IMG/VR virus record: IMGVR_UViG_3300006169_000009
Location: 1 to 64,000 of that record
Length of the DNA: 64,000 bases
Source of the DNA: a virus
Lineage: Duplodnaviria; Caudoviricetes
Reading direction: 5' to 3' (one strand)
In this document: positions 1 to 9,884 of the stretch, in pieces
Layout: the number at the start of each line of letters is the position of its first letter
Numbering within the stretch: position 1 is the stretch's first letter
Position numbers and translations under genes: made by a program
Notes under the pieces: generated by a model
Told to the model about the DNA's origin: nothing
Databases searched by the model: none
Seen by the model: only the letters and a program-made list of their open reading frames with translations

Positions 1-156
1 GATGTGCTCGCTCGACCCGCGAATCTCCATGAGCGTGGGACCGTTACCGGTGATCTCGGTGACCAGATCATAGTCACGAGAGTTGCGCTCAAAGATGACG
101 CTGAGTTGGACGTTGCGTCCGAAGGCTTCGGGGCGGGCGTAGGCTCTCCAGGTCAT
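1..156 (-). CDS. hypothetical protein (partial, runs off window edge)
   Basis: ATG at 156 with upstream GGAG; open frame MTWRAYARPEAFGRNVQL... to the window edge. Confidence 0.5.
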   Translation of the reverse strand, partial: MTWRAYARPEAFGRNVQLSVIFERNSRDYDLVTEITGNGPTLMEIRGSSEHI

Positions 157-187
157 GCGCAGAGCCTACTCCTGGAGTAACGCACGG

Positions 188-694
188 TCAAGGCCTCCAC
201 CTGTGTTCCCGGTGCTCTCGGTCAGAACGCCCGACCCGGCGAGTCAACTCCCGGCTGAGCAGGTAAGAGTTCTTCTCGGCGTTCTCGTAGGAGACCTCGA
301 CCAACTTCCGATAAGCGTGTGCAGTCTGGTGGGCGTTCAGCGCCAGGATGAACTCCTCGTCCTGGTAGGCCCGCGCCTTGGCCCGGTGAACGGTCTTCTC
401 CTCATGCGTTAGGCTCTTGACCGCCCGGATGTGCTCCAGTTCTGCGTCGGCGTACCGTTCGTCTACCTCGGCCATTGCCAGTTGGACGCCCAGGAACTCC
501 GCCCACTTCAGGGTCCGGCTGAACTGCTCCATCAGGTCGGCGTCGTCCAGGCTGGTCGGATCGTCGGGGAGTTCGGGAAACTCGAACGCGGGCCGGTTCG
601 GCAGCGGGATCTTCTGCTGCGCGAGACGGGCGGCTGCGGCGGACGACGACTCGCCCATCTCCAGTCTCCGGCTGTGGCGGACTGTCCTGCTCAC
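188..694 (-). CDS. helical/coiled-coil protein, possibly a UvsY-like recombination mediator
   Basis: GTG at 694 with purine-rich SD; all-helical pattern; located in the RecA/resolvase/exonuclease cluster. Function is an inference. Confidence 0.55.
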   Translation of the reverse strand: MSRTVRHSRRLEMGESSSAAAARLAQQKIPLPNRPAFEFPELPDDPTSLDDADLMEQFSRTLKWAEFLGVQLAMAEVDERYADAELEHIRAVKSLTHEEKTVHRAKARAYQDEEFILALNAHQTAHAYRKLVEVSYENAEKNSYLLSRELTRRVGRSDREHREHRWRP

Positions 695-1631
695 CCTCTT
701 CCCCTTCCCAACAACGTCGCTGAAACACACAATCCTTGCATGGTCGCTTGTCCCTTGTAAAGCCCTGCGGTCGGGGCAGGGTCCGGTTGGTCTTGACTGC
801 CCAGTCCACGTCCTTGGCCATGTCGAGAACGTCTGCGATCAGGTCCTCGTTGTAGGGGATGTGGAACTCCTTGGTCCCCTGGTTGGCCTTGTTCTCGTAG
901 ATGAAGATCATCTTGTCGTAGTTCATCCCGGATCTCCGGGCCATGTACAGGTAGATCGTGCCCTGGATCCGGTGTGCCCGCAGTGGACGCTTGATCCCTC
1001 GCCACAGGCCCTCCAGGTCGACCAGGGTCTTGCCGGTGTCGGCAGCCTTGTGGGTGTGCTTGCGAAGCAGAGCCGGGTCCTCGATGCGCAGCGTGCCGGT
1101 GCCGATGGACTTCATCTCCAGCAGCGCGTTGAGGTCGTTGACTCCTCCGTCAGCCTGCCCGGCCATCGGTAGGTGAGGCTCATCGGTCAGCGGGATCTCC
1201 CGGTACTGCAGCGCTCCCTTGACCCCACAATGCGGGCACTCGGTGATCGAGACTCCCCAGGTCTCCTTGCGGCACGCGATGCACCTCCACAACCCATACA
1301 GACGCCCCATCTCGTAGAGGTAGGTCTGGTACTTGTTGTGGATGTCGTGGCCTTCCTGGAAAATCGTCAGCAGGCGCACGCTACCGTTACGAGGGTCCTC
1401 GTTGGTCGGCTCGACCCCAGCCAGGCGGAAGGCGGTGGCTCTGGGACACCAGTCCGGCTTGGCCATCTCCGAGGGGTGGATGATGTCGTCCCGGCGCTCC
1501 TCATCAGCCCGCTTCAGGACGTACTTCTGCATGTCCCCCAGCAACAGTGTCTCCACCTTGCTGGTGTCGGCCAGCGCCTTGGCGAACCCGGAGGGCTTAG
1601 GCCTGCTCTGAGGCCTCATCTTCCTCGGCAT
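402..1631 (-). CDS. Cas4-like PD-(D/E)XK exonuclease
   Basis: HPSEM..CPR, GHDIH, GQADG..LLEMKS, QGTIY and C-terminal CxxC..C Fe-S motif; ATG at 1631 with GGAGGAGG. Confidence 0.85.
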   Translation of the reverse strand: MPRKMRPQSRPKPSGFAKALADTSKVETLLLGDMQKYVLKRADEERRDDIIHPSEMAKPDWCPRATAFRLAGVEPTNEDPRNGSVRLLTIFQEGHDIHNKYQTYLYEMGRLYGLWRCIACRKETWGVSITECPHCGVKGALQYREIPLTDEPHLPMAGQADGGVNDLNALLEMKSIGTGTLRIEDPALLRKHTHKAADTGKTLVDLEGLWRGIKRPLRAHRIQGTIYLYMARRSGMNYDKMIFIYENKANQGTKEFHIPYNEDLIADVLDMAKDVDWAVKTNRTLPRPQGFTRDKRPCKDCVFQRRCWEGEEGEQDSPPQPETGDGRVVVRRSRPSRAAEDPAAEPARVRVSRTPRRSDQPGRRRPDGAVQPDPEVGGVPGRPTGNGRGRRTVRRRRTGAHPGGQEPNA

Positions 1632-1983
1632 CGTCCTCCTCCGGCACGAACTCCTCGATGGGTGGCACCTTGTGCAGCCACAGTTCCGGCTGGTCCCAGA
1701 TCTCCTTGCGCACATGACGGCGTACCCACTGGCGCTGGACCAGGAGCAGGCCGCCCCACGTACCAGCCTGCTCGTTGTTGATCAGCCCGAAGAACCGGCA
1801 CTGGTCCCTGGCCGGGCAGACCTGCTTGTCGTAGTCCCCGTTGCAGATGGGTAGCGACTCAGGCTCTCCGTTGCCGAACGGGTCGTCCATGTTCCCCGCT
1901 TCCCTTGACGGTAGCGGATGCTTCAGACACTTGGCCCCGGCCTCGGCCCAGTCCGGTGCGATCAGGCGGCTCTTCAGGACCAT
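1597..1983 (-). CDS. whiB: WhiB family transcription factor
   Basis: four Cys (C..C..CPARDQC) and GTWGGL turn motif. Confidence 0.8.
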   Translation of the reverse strand: MVLKSRLIAPDWAEAGAKCLKHPLPSREAGNMDDPFGNGEPESLPICNGDYDKQVCPARDQCRFFGLINNEQAGTWGGLLLVQRQWVRRHVRKEIWDQPELWLHKVPPIEEFVPEEDDAEEDEASEQA

Positions 1984-2279
1984 GAGTCCACCAGTTCCTC
2001 AAAGAAGTCTCGGTTGACGATGACGTAGTCCCGTGCTCCCACGCAGATGCCGAAGGCGAACTCCCGGCCCTCCCGCATGGCATGCTTCTCACCCTTGGTG
2101 AGGTCATCGGCCTTGACCGTGATCTGGCGCTTGCCGGTCCACTTCAACTCCACCGACAGACGGTCGGTGCGTACGTCGTTCTTGCGGGACAGGTTCCCGC
2201 TGCCCGCGTTCCGTGTCCCACCCAGGCGCTTGGCGGCATTGTCTTCCTGCCGCCTACTCCGGCGGTGCTCCAGGCTCAC
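1974..2279 (-). CDS. Holliday junction resolvase-like PD-(D/E)XK nuclease
   Basis: E..AAKRLGG..GSG..D..VELK pattern; small size; adjacent to recA. Confidence 0.7.
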   Translation of the reverse strand: MSLEHRRSRRQEDNAAKRLGGTRNAGSGNLSRKNDVRTDRLSVELKWTGKRQITVKADDLTKGEKHAMREGREFAFGICVGARDYVIVNRDFFEELVDSWS

Positions 2280-3406
2280 GACTCCTTGCGACGGCGCACG
2301 CTGCGCTTACCCTCTGCCGCTGCCGCTTCCACCTCCGGCTCACTGAGCGGCTGCTCCCTGGCGGAGTCGTGGGCGGCGTGGATGTCCTTGGCGATGGACT
2401 CCTGGAGCGCAGGGTCCTGACGGATGGCGGCCAGCGCGGCTTCCTTGCTGGACTTCTCGGCCAGCCGGTGTCCGTTGTACTCGTAGTAGGCACCCTTGCG
2501 GACGATGACCCCGTACAGCGAGCCCATGATGGCCAGTTCCTTGACGGTGTCGTAGTCCCCGCGCTTGAACCCGTGGGCCGGTGCGTCCCGGAAGTAGAAG
2601 TCCACCAGCCCGGTCTGCTGCGGGGCGGCCTGCTTGTTCTTGGTGGTCTTCAACTTGATGGTCTGGCCTACCTTGATCTTGCCCTTGTCCGCGATGGACT
2701 CATGGATCCAGTCGTCTCGGCTGATCTCAGCACGCACGTAGTAGGCGTAGTTCTTGGCGTTGCCTCCCGGCGTGGTTCGAGAATGACCGGTTGGTGACCA
2801 GCCGATCTTGTCTCGCCACTGGTTGATGACGATGCCCATCATGGGCCGGTCGTCTGGGTCGAAGTGGTCTCGCTTAGTGGCTCCTCCAGCCTTGCGGAAG
2901 AACTTGCCGGTCATGCGGGCACCGATGGCCACGACCGCCTCGTCCATGGCCTTCTCTTCCTCCTCGGGAGCGATCAGAGCCGGGTAAGAGTCGAGCACGA
3001 TGAGGTCGGAGGCCCGGTTGTTCGCGAACTCCAGCATCGCCTCGTAGGCAAGCACCATGTCCTGGGTGGACAGTACCTGGACCTGATCGTTGTTCACGCC
3101 CAGGGCCTCGGCCTGCTTGTAGTCGTAGTGCTCAGCGGCTACCCAGAAGGTAGTGAAGTCGGGGTCGCGTCTCTGATTGGCGGCCACTGTCTTCAGAGTC
3201 ACCGCCGTCTTGCCATGGGACTCCTCACCGATGATCTCCGACCAGTGGTTGGCGGGCCAGCCCCCTCCGAGGGTGAGGTCCAGCGACAACGAACCCGTCG
3301 TGAACGTCCCGCCAGCCTGCATCTCGCTGGCTAGGAACAGCGAGCCAGCGCCGTGCTCCCTGTTGAACTTGTCCGCCAGGGCCTTGGCTTCTGCATGTAG
3401 TGCCAA
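2276..3406 (-). CDS. recA: RecA recombinase
   Basis: TGSLSLDLTLGGG, Walker A GEESHGKT, LIVLDS, INQWRDKIG, TTPGGNA; TTG start at 3406 after GAGGAGG. Confidence 0.95.
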   Translation of the reverse strand: MALHAEAKALADKFNREHGAGSLFLASEMQAGGTFTTGSLSLDLTLGGGWPANHWSEIIGEESHGKTAVTLKTVAANQRRDPDFTTFWVAAEHYDYKQAEALGVNNDQVQVLSTQDMVLAYEAMLEFANNRASDLIVLDSYPALIAPEEEEKAMDEAVVAIGARMTGKFFRKAGGATKRDHFDPDDRPMMGIVINQWRDKIGWSPTGHSRTTPGGNAKNYAYYVRAEISRDDWIHESIADKGKIKVGQTIKLKTTKNKQAAPQQTGLVDFYFRDAPAHGFKRGDYDTVKELAIMGSLYGVIVRKGAYYEYNGHRLAEKSSKEAALAAIRQDPALQESIAKDIHAAHDSAREQPLSEPEVEAAAAEGKRSVRRRKES

Positions 3407-3430
3407 CCTGGACCTCCTCATGTCGAGGCC

Positions 3431-3459
3431 ACGCTAACGTGTTCGAATGGTGGATGCAA
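3431..3459 (-). promoter_or_regulatory. housekeeping-sigma promoter upstream of recA
   Basis: TTGCAT-N17-TAGCGT. Confidence 0.55.
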
Positions 3460-3474
3460 CCAGTTGAGTAACTA

Positions 3475-5076
3475 CTAGATGCCACAAACTCCGCTCACGC
3501 AAGCGCGCTCGTTGCCGGTCTCCTCGTACTCGACCCCGTCGTGGCCGTCTGCCTCCTCGAACGAGACCACGTTGAGCGGCTGTCCTCCCCTGGCTCCGTC
3601 CGGGTACACCGTGATGCCTCTCACGTGCGGGAGGTAGTTCATCAGGGTCTCCCCGAACTCGGTGGTATCGAGCCGGTACACGTCCGGGTTCGGCAGGTTG
3701 ATCGTGGAGGAGATGCCGTGGTCGACGTACTGCTGCATCCAGGCCTGGAACGCTAGCCTGCGCTCAGGATCCTTGGCCAGGTCGTAGGCCGTCTCCAGCA
3801 TCTCGGTCTGGATGCCCTGATCCACCAGTCGCTTGGCTGTGGCATCGATCACGTACTGGTAGTGCCACTTGGTGCCCTTCAGGTACCTGCGCTTGGTCGC
3901 GTGCGCGAACAGCGGCTCAATGCCAGTGGTCGTCCCGGCCAGGATGCCGATGGTTCCGGTCGGAGCCAGCGCTCGGGTCTTGACTGGTCGAGTGATATCC
4001 AGGCGGTCGGCGTAGTCGTTGGCGATCTGGGTGGACTTGACGTACTCCTCCATCCAGTGGCCCAGTTCAGGGTTGGGACCATATCGGTACCCGCGCTTGA
4101 CCAGCCACTCGTAGACACCCATCAGGCCCAGACCCAGCCGACGGTTCTTGGTGCGGACGGTGTCGACCTCGGCGTAGGGGACCTTGGAGTAGAGCGTTCC
4201 ACACAGAAGGAAGACGGTGGAAAGTTCTACACAGCGAGCGAACCGCTGCGGTGTGTCGATATTGGCCAGGTTCAGCGAGCCCAGGTTGCAGATGTCGTTG
4301 TCGTCCCGAGAAGTGATCTCGGTGCAGGCGTTGCGCAGGTTCTCGCCCGCGTTCTCTCCGATGTCCACCGAGAAGCCAGGCTCTCCGGTGGTGAGCATCT
4401 TCTCCACTACCGTCCAGTACAGCGAGCGAGCCCACTCGTGCATGTTGTGGCTGTCGTCTCGGTAGGCCGCGAAGAACTCGTCGTCCAGGATGACGCTGAT
4501 GTTGGTGCCGTCCATGGTGGCCGGGAAGTTGTAGTCGGCCTCCTTCAGGGCCTTGATCTCATCGGACCAGTCCTTCAGCGTGATGAACTCCCACACGTCG
4601 GGGTGCCACCAGTGCAGCCCGGCCCACAGCGCTGCCCGGCGGCTGCCGCCCTGCTGGATGTGCCGACCGCTCTCGTTTACCATCTGCATGAGCGCACACG
4701 GGCCACTGGACTTGCCACCCATGCCCTTGATGAGAGCGTCACGCTCTCGCAACTTGGAGTAGACCGTACCGATCCCGGCTCCGGTCATCAGCCCGCTGGT
4801 GGCACGCTGCATGAGCCCGGCCCATCCCTCGCGGCTGTCCTCGACGTCGGTCAGCAGGCAGTTCTGGGTCTGGTGGAAGGGCTTGCCCGATGCGTAGAGG
4901 TAGCGTCCGCCCGGTAGGAACTCCTGATTGTTGATCATCTCAACCATGTCGTCCACGAGGTCGGGGAAGTGAGGCTTGACCACGTTCATGACGACACGCT
5001 CTGCGATGTCTCGCCATCCGGTCTCCCCCTCGTGCAAGTACTTGTGCGACATGATGTTTTGGGCGAAACTACTCAT
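3475..5076 (-). CDS. nrdJ: compact class II (B12-dependent) ribonucleotide reductase
   Basis: NCLL, GGSRRAA, NACTEI, CNLGSLNL, RRLGLGLMG, APTGT, ISSTINL and C-terminal CVSGVC; no beta subunit in the window. Confidence 0.85.
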   Translation of the reverse strand: MSSFAQNIMSHKYLHEGETGWRDIAERVVMNVVKPHFPDLVDDMVEMINNQEFLPGGRYLYASGKPFHQTQNCLLTDVEDSREGWAGLMQRATSGLMTGAGIGTVYSKLRERDALIKGMGGKSSGPCALMQMVNESGRHIQQGGSRRAALWAGLHWWHPDVWEFITLKDWSDEIKALKEADYNFPATMDGTNISVILDDEFFAAYRDDSHNMHEWARSLYWTVVEKMLTTGEPGFSVDIGENAGENLRNACTEITSRDDNDICNLGSLNLANIDTPQRFARCVELSTVFLLCGTLYSKVPYAEVDTVRTKNRRLGLGLMGVYEWLVKRGYRYGPNPELGHWMEEYVKSTQIANDYADRLDITRPVKTRALAPTGTIGILAGTTTGIEPLFAHATKRRYLKGTKWHYQYVIDATAKRLVDQGIQTEMLETAYDLAKDPERRLAFQAWMQQYVDHGISSTINLPNPDVYRLDTTEFGETLMNYLPHVRGITVYPDGARGGQPLNVVSFEEADGHDGVEYEETGNERACVSGVCGI

Positions 5077-5137
5077 TTCCACCATAATTAGGCAAACTCC
5101 TACCAAGGTAAGTGCATCGGATTGGTCTTGCTACTTG

Positions 5138-5575
5138 CTAAACGCTAACGATCCGGCCTGCTCCGCCCTCAGACTCCTTCCACGTCTGTCCGTTGAAGTT
5201 GTCCGTTCCGGTTCCGGCCTGACGGGCGGCCTGGACACGACCTTCCTTAGATGATGGCATACCCGCAGCCATCTGCTCGAAGCGAGGGTTATACCCACAC
5301 TCATAGCACTGAGGCATGGCGTTGGGCTTGCCGTGAGGACGGAAGTAATTGCCCGACTCGCAGTTCGGACAGGTCTCCTTGGAGCGTGCGCTGATGGCCT
5401 TCTTGGGGACGTAATCACCGGCTGGCTCAGGAAGCGCTGGCTGGGCCGGAGCGGCTTCGGCAACCTGCTGCGGGGTCATCCACCAGGCCCCGGTGCTCTG
5501 CGGCTGCGTGGCGGGCTGTGGTGGTTGCGCAGCGGGTGCTACGGCTCCGGCGACGTTGTCCCAGAACCCCATCAT
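5138..5575 (-). CDS. Zn-ribbon protein
   Basis: CPNCES..CYECG. Confidence 0.65.
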   Translation of the reverse strand: MMGFWDNVAGAVAPAAQPPQPATQPQSTGAWWMTPQQVAEAAPAQPALPEPAGDYVPKKAISARSKETCPNCESGNYFRPHGKPNAMPQCYECGYNPRFEQMAAGMPSSKEGRVQAARQAGTGTDNFNGQTWKESEGGAGRIVSV

Positions 5576-5976
5576 GAACCTCCGACTCGGTGTGGCAGAT
5601 GAAGGTACCCGTACTCGACCAAGTTCGCGATGATCGCCATGGCGAGTGCTCTGCTCACCTGGACGGTCTCCTGGATCTGCTCGGTGGCCTCCTGCTCGGT
5701 GTAGGACTTGTCCCGCACGTCAAGAAGGTGCCGTCCCATGATAGCGCCAGCCAGGTCGGCAGTCTGTGCCAATTGGGGGAGGATCGGCATGATCGCGTTG
5801 AGCCTGCGATGGTGTGCGCGGTGCTCTACTTCCACGCCCTCGTCGGACCCCGGAACCAGAGTTACCTTGGGCATGAACTTGTTGACGTCCGGGCACGGGA
5901 TCAGGTCCCAGGTCAGTTGGCGGCGGAGCAGGACGTTCTGGTCCTTGTGGTCTACCATCACTTGGCCTCGCTCCAC
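5572..5976 (-). CDS. hypothetical protein
   Basis: ORF tiles between its neighbours. Confidence 0.65.
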   Translation of the reverse strand: MERGQVMVDHKDQNVLLRRQLTWDLIPCPDVNKFMPKVTLVPGSDEGVEVEHRAHHRRLNAIMPILPQLAQTADLAGAIMGRHLLDVRDKSYTEQEATEQIQETVQVSRALAMAIIANLVEYGYLHLPHRVGGS

Positions 5977-7952
5977 CTCTCGACAGTCTTGATGTCGACG
6001 CCCAACGGCACATTGATCAGCCGCTGGATTCCGTCGCCCAACATAGCCTCCTTGACCAAGCCCTCACAACGCTCGGTCTTCTCGACCGGGCACAGCGTGA
6101 CCAACTCGTCATGCACGCTCAGGATCAGTCGCATGTCTTCGTCCAGCGTAGCGTTCAGCCGGATCATGGCCATCTTGATCACGTCCGCAGCAGAGCCCTG
6201 GATCACACTGTTGATGCACTGGCGCTCGGCGTAAGACCGGAGGTCACGGTCCTTGCTGAACAACTCCGGGAGCCTGCGCTTGCGACCCAGCAGCGTACGC
6301 AGATGTGGTGGACGACGAGAACGCGCAACGTCTAGCGCACGATCCTTCCAGTCGTAGATCTCGGGGAACTGACGCTCATGGATCTCCAGGAACCGCTTGG
6401 CTTCCTTGTGGGAGATCTTGGCCATGGACCCGACCTTGCCAGCACCAGCACCATAGACCACTGCGAAGTTGACACCCTTGGCGACCTGGCGGAACTTCTT
6501 CGCGTCCGGGTCCTCGTTACGGACCATGTCCATGAAGACCTGCGCGTCCTCTCCGGCCAGGGCGGCAGCGGTGGCGGAGTGAGGGTCCATGCCTGCGAGG
6601 ATGCCGTGGTACAGCGGACCGGGACCGGCAAAGTGGGCCAGCAGGAACATCTCGATCTGCGCGTAGTCGGCCACGACCTGTCGGGTGAGCGGGTCTCCGG
6701 CGATGAACAGCCCACGGATCTTCTTGCCCAACTCGGAGTCGGGCCGGGGGATGTTCTGCAGGTTCGGCGTACGGCAGGAGAACCGACCACTGACGGTGCC
6801 GTACTGGACGAGGTCAGCGTGAATGCGTCCGTCCACGATCCTGCAGGGCTTCTTGGGGTCTCCCTCTACCCCCAGGTATCCCAGGACGTAGGTGCTCAGC
6901 AATTTGGTCAGTTCCTGGTACTCCAGGATGTTCTTGACCACCGGGTTGTGGTCGTAGCGTTCGAGCGCGGTCTCCTTGGTGGAGTAGTCGGCGTACTTCA
7001 GTTGCTCTCCGCGCTTTGCCTTCTTCTCCCCGCCATCAGTGAGCATCACCGGACGGATGCCCTGGCCGCCTTCGTCCTTGGGAGCGAACAGCACCTCGGA
7101 CTTCTGGGCCGGAGCGTTGAGATTGAACTTGCGACCTACCGCCTTGTAGATCTTGCCCTCGACAGCGATGACGCGCTCAGTCAGTTCGTCCCGGAGTTCC
7201 TTCAGCGCTGCCTCATCGACCGGTGCGCCTTCGAGGTTCATGTCGATCAGCGTGCCGATCAGATCCTGCTCCAGCCGGAAGACGGTGTCCAGCCTCTCCT
7301 CACTGATCCGAGGCCGGTGGTCCCGGTCGATCAGCCAGGTGTAGCGGGCGTCCATGATCGAGTACTTGCCGACCTCGGAGAACGGGTGCAGTTCGATGTT
7401 CTTGCCGGTGTCCTTCTTGTCGTAGTCGACTCCGTAGATGCGCTTGACGGAGGGCTTCAACTTGTACTGCCGCCAGTTCTCGTTCAGCAGCCACAGCAGA
7501 ACGGTGGTGTCCCCGTACGGCCCGTCGGGAATGTCTCCGCCGTAGTACTTGGCTACCGACCCCAGGTCGAAGGGAGCGTTGTGCGCGATCTTGCGGATGG
7601 GTCGCTCATCAGGTTCCTGGAAGAACAGCGGATGCAGGATGTCGAAGGCCTGACTAGGCCGCAACTGCGCCGGAGGGTCAGAGTAGACCGGCGGGATGGG
7701 CTTGAACTTGCGGGTCTCCTTGTCCAACTTCTTGGTGGCCCGAGAGATCAGCGTGTCCCCGTTGGGGTGGCCAATGGGTACGGTGAACGCCGTGCCGTGG
7801 CTGGCGAACGAGATCCACACGACTTGGTTCTCGCTGGGCAGACCACGGTTCTCGCCCATGGTCTCGACGTCGAAGACGAACCGGTCTTGCTGAAGCAGGT
7901 ACTGGACCCGCGTATGCAGATCGTCCTTGTCGAGGACGATGTTCCGGTTCAC
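5958..7952 (-). CDS. polA: family A DNA polymerase (3'-5' exonuclease + polymerase)
   Basis: FDVET, HNAPFD, DYAQIE (motif A), KGVNFAVVYG (motif B), VHDEL (motif C); likely GTG start at 7952 after AAAGGA. Confidence 0.95.
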   Translation of the reverse strand: MNRNIVLDKDDLHTRVQYLLQQDRFVFDVETMGENRGLPSENQVVWISFASHGTAFTVPIGHPNGDTLISRATKKLDKETRKFKPIPPVYSDPPAQLRPSQAFDILHPLFFQEPDERPIRKIAHNAPFDLGSVAKYYGGDIPDGPYGDTTVLLWLLNENWRQYKLKPSVKRIYGVDYDKKDTGKNIELHPFSEVGKYSIMDARYTWLIDRDHRPRISEERLDTVFRLEQDLIGTLIDMNLEGAPVDEAALKELRDELTERVIAVEGKIYKAVGRKFNLNAPAQKSEVLFAPKDEGGQGIRPVMLTDGGEKKAKRGEQLKYADYSTKETALERYDHNPVVKNILEYQELTKLLSTYVLGYLGVEGDPKKPCRIVDGRIHADLVQYGTVSGRFSCRTPNLQNIPRPDSELGKKIRGLFIAGDPLTRQVVADYAQIEMFLLAHFAGPGPLYHGILAGMDPHSATAAALAGEDAQVFMDMVRNEDPDAKKFRQVAKGVNFAVVYGAGAGKVGSMAKISHKEAKRFLEIHERQFPEIYDWKDRALDVARSRRPPHLRTLLGRKRRLPELFSKDRDLRSYAERQCINSVIQGSAADVIKMAMIRLNATLDEDMRLILSVHDELVTLCPVEKTERCEGLVKEAMLGDGIQRLINVPLGVDIKTVERWSEAK

Positions 7953-7972
7953 GAAGTTCCTTTCATGAAACA

Positions 7973-8027
7973 CCCCGGCCCGGTGAGAGACCTGCCGTCT
8001 GTTGTAGTCGGAAGCACCGGGCCGGGG
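7973..8027 (-). terminator. GC-rich hairpin between ssb and polA
   Basis: 13-bp perfect stem CCCCGGCCCGGTG/CACCGGGCCGGGG followed by TGTTTC on the minus strand. Confidence 0.6.
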
Positions 8028-8033
8028 AAGTTG

Positions 8034-8942
8034 TCAGTCGAGAAGGTCAGCGATCTCTTCGAGTTGCTTCTTGGAAGAGACGGTGATGACCTGATCGGCC
8101 TCGTAGCACTTCTCCTCGAAGGCGTCGAGTTCGTCGGAGGTCAGGGCGTCCATGTCCCAGTCCTCCTCGACGTCGCGGGCCTTGACCGGCTTGATCGTGG
8201 TCTGCCAGCCCTTGGCCTTAGAGCCGGTGCGCAGGATGGAGAAGTACATGTCTTCGCGGTTGAGCGGGCCGGACTTCTTGTCCTTGGCATACGCCTCCAG
8301 CACCCCGGAGTTCTGCGTCCCGCACTTCCACGCCTTGACGCTGGGGTTGTCGGGGTCGGAGAGGTCCACGACGTTGAACATCGCGTACGACTTCGGACGG
8401 TCCCCGGCAGCACACAGCGGGCAGCCGTTGTCCCGGCCCAGGCAGACGAACGACTTGCGCTTGGGCAGTTCGTCCAGCCAGTGCTCCAGGTAGGTGTAGA
8501 ACGGCTCCTCATCGAGGATCTTGACCAGCATCTCCTCGTTGGGCTCGGTCTTCAGCGTGGGGGCGAAGTCCCCCACGGCATCCTTGTTGGCACGGACCCC
8601 GGACCACCCCGCACCTGCGGTGGACGATGGCGTGGACGTACGGTCACGACCACCACGGCGGCCAGATGGACGACGAGGCTCATCAGCATTCTCGCTGCGA
8701 CCACGCCGACTGCGGCCACGATGCGCATCGTCCTCGTCAGGCTCGTCCTCATCACGCGAACGGCGGCGCGACGAACGGCGTGAGCGCGGCTCGTCGGGCT
8801 CGTCATCCGGCTCGGCGCTGCGACGTCTGCGGGAGGAGCGGCGAGGCTCCTCATCGGTACCCTCATCCTCGGCTCCGTCCTCTGCCGGGTCGTAGTCGTC
8901 CGGCTCCGACACCCGACGTCTGCGGGCCATGTTGCGAGCCAT
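8034..8942 (-). CDS. phage single-stranded DNA-binding protein with disordered R/D/E-rich N-terminus
   Basis: gp32-like core (EHW..SFVC..CPLC..FNVVD); next to the polymerase. Confidence 0.65.
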   Translation of the reverse strand: MARNMARRRRVSEPDDYDPAEDGAEDEGTDEEPRRSSRRRRSAEPDDEPDEPRSRRSSRRRSRDEDEPDEDDAHRGRSRRGRSENADEPRRPSGRRGGRDRTSTPSSTAGAGWSGVRANKDAVGDFAPTLKTEPNEEMLVKILDEEPFYTYLEHWLDELPKRKSFVCLGRDNGCPLCAAGDRPKSYAMFNVVDLSDPDNPSVKAWKCGTQNSGVLEAYAKDKKSGPLNREDMYFSILRTGSKAKGWQTTIKPVKARDVEEDWDMDALTSDELDAFEEKCYEADQVITVSSKKQLEEIADLLD

Positions 8943-8944
8943 GC

Positions 8945-9232
8945 TTACCTCTTCTCTTCTCGCTTGTAGTGCTGATCGAAGTACGGGTAGACGAACGAGT
9001 CGCCCTCCGTGGTGTTCTTCTTCGCGTCTGCGACGTCCTGAGCGATCAGGTTGTCGAGCCGCCAGTCAATGTAGTCGGCCACGGCCTCTGGGTCAAGAGG
9101 GTCGACGTTCTCGGACTTCAGGATCTCCTGGTCCTGCTCGTTGGTGTGGTCCAGTTCCACCCAGGCGGTGACCTCGTGGCTCTCCCAGGGCCCCATGTTG
9201 AACCGCAGGGCTCTACGCTTGGACTCACGCAT
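8945..9232 (-). CDS. hypothetical protein
   Basis: tiles with neighbours. Confidence 0.65.
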   Translation of the reverse strand: MRESKRRALRFNMGPWESHEVTAWVELDHTNEQDQEILKSENVDPLDPEAVADYIDWRLDNLIAQDVADAKKNTTEGDSFVYPYFDQHYKREEKR

Positions 9233-9641
9233 GCTTGGCCAACTCCTTGAACAGCAGGACTACGCGCTCAGTGAACCGCTTCGGGATGGCGGCGTAGGTG
9301 TTGTCCCAGATCCCCTCGTCCTTGGCGATCTGCACCACGCCCTCGACCTGCTCACGGGTGTACAGCCTGCGGCGTCCGCGAGGGTCGTTGGAGGGCTTGT
9401 TGAACGAGGGCTTGGGGATGATCCCTTCCTTCTCCCAGCGTCTGATCGAGACCGCCTTGCGGTTCAGCGCCTCCGCCAGTTGGCCGATGGTGAAGAACTC
9501 CTTCTCGACCCCGCCGACCTTGTACCTCAGCGGCTTGGCGTCCCAGGTGCTCTCCTGGAGCCCTTGCGGAGTCGCCTTGACGGTGTTGCGAGGGATCGGG
9601 TGCCGGGAGCCGGGGAAGAACTCCGGGAAGTGCGAGGTCAT
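9225..9641 (-). CDS. MerR-like HTH DNA-binding protein
   Basis: FTIGQLAEALNRKAVSIRRWEKEGII..RRLYTREQV. Confidence 0.85.
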   Translation of the reverse strand: MTSHFPEFFPGSRHPIPRNTVKATPQGLQESTWDAKPLRYKVGGVEKEFFTIGQLAEALNRKAVSIRRWEKEGIIPKPSFNKPSNDPRGRRRLYTREQVEGVVQIAKDEGIWDNTYAAIPKRFTERVVLLFKELAKHA

Positions 9642-9883
9642 CCTTCACCCACCATCGCCAGGGTGGCCAGCAGGCGACCAGTCTCGTCTTCCAGTTCATG
9701 CTGACGAGCGGTGGCCATGAGGTAGCCGATGGTGGCCTTGGAGATAGACCGAATCGTCTCCTGCTCTCTCTCAGTGAACGAGATCCCCTTCTCGATCCCG
9801 TCCATGACGATGAAGCGCACGGCAGAGTCGATGAGAAGGTTCGCTACCTCCTCACCGCTCCGCTCGTCAGGGTGCTGGGACAA
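9638..9883 (-). CDS. hypothetical protein
   Basis: tiles with neighbours. Confidence 0.55.
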   Translation of the reverse strand: MSQHPDERSGEEVANLLIDSAVRFIVMDGIEKGISFTEREQETIRSISKATIGYLMATARQHELEDETGRLLATLAMVGEG

Positions 9884-9884
9884 G

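Noticed and set aside
402-1631. CRISPR-Cas system suggested by Cas4
   Set aside because: No repeat-spacer array or other cas genes; solo Cas4-like nucleases are common in phages.
3437-3446. Possible LexA (SOS) box in the recA promoter
   Set aside because: Only one TCGAAC half-site is present; there is no GTTCGA at N4 spacing.
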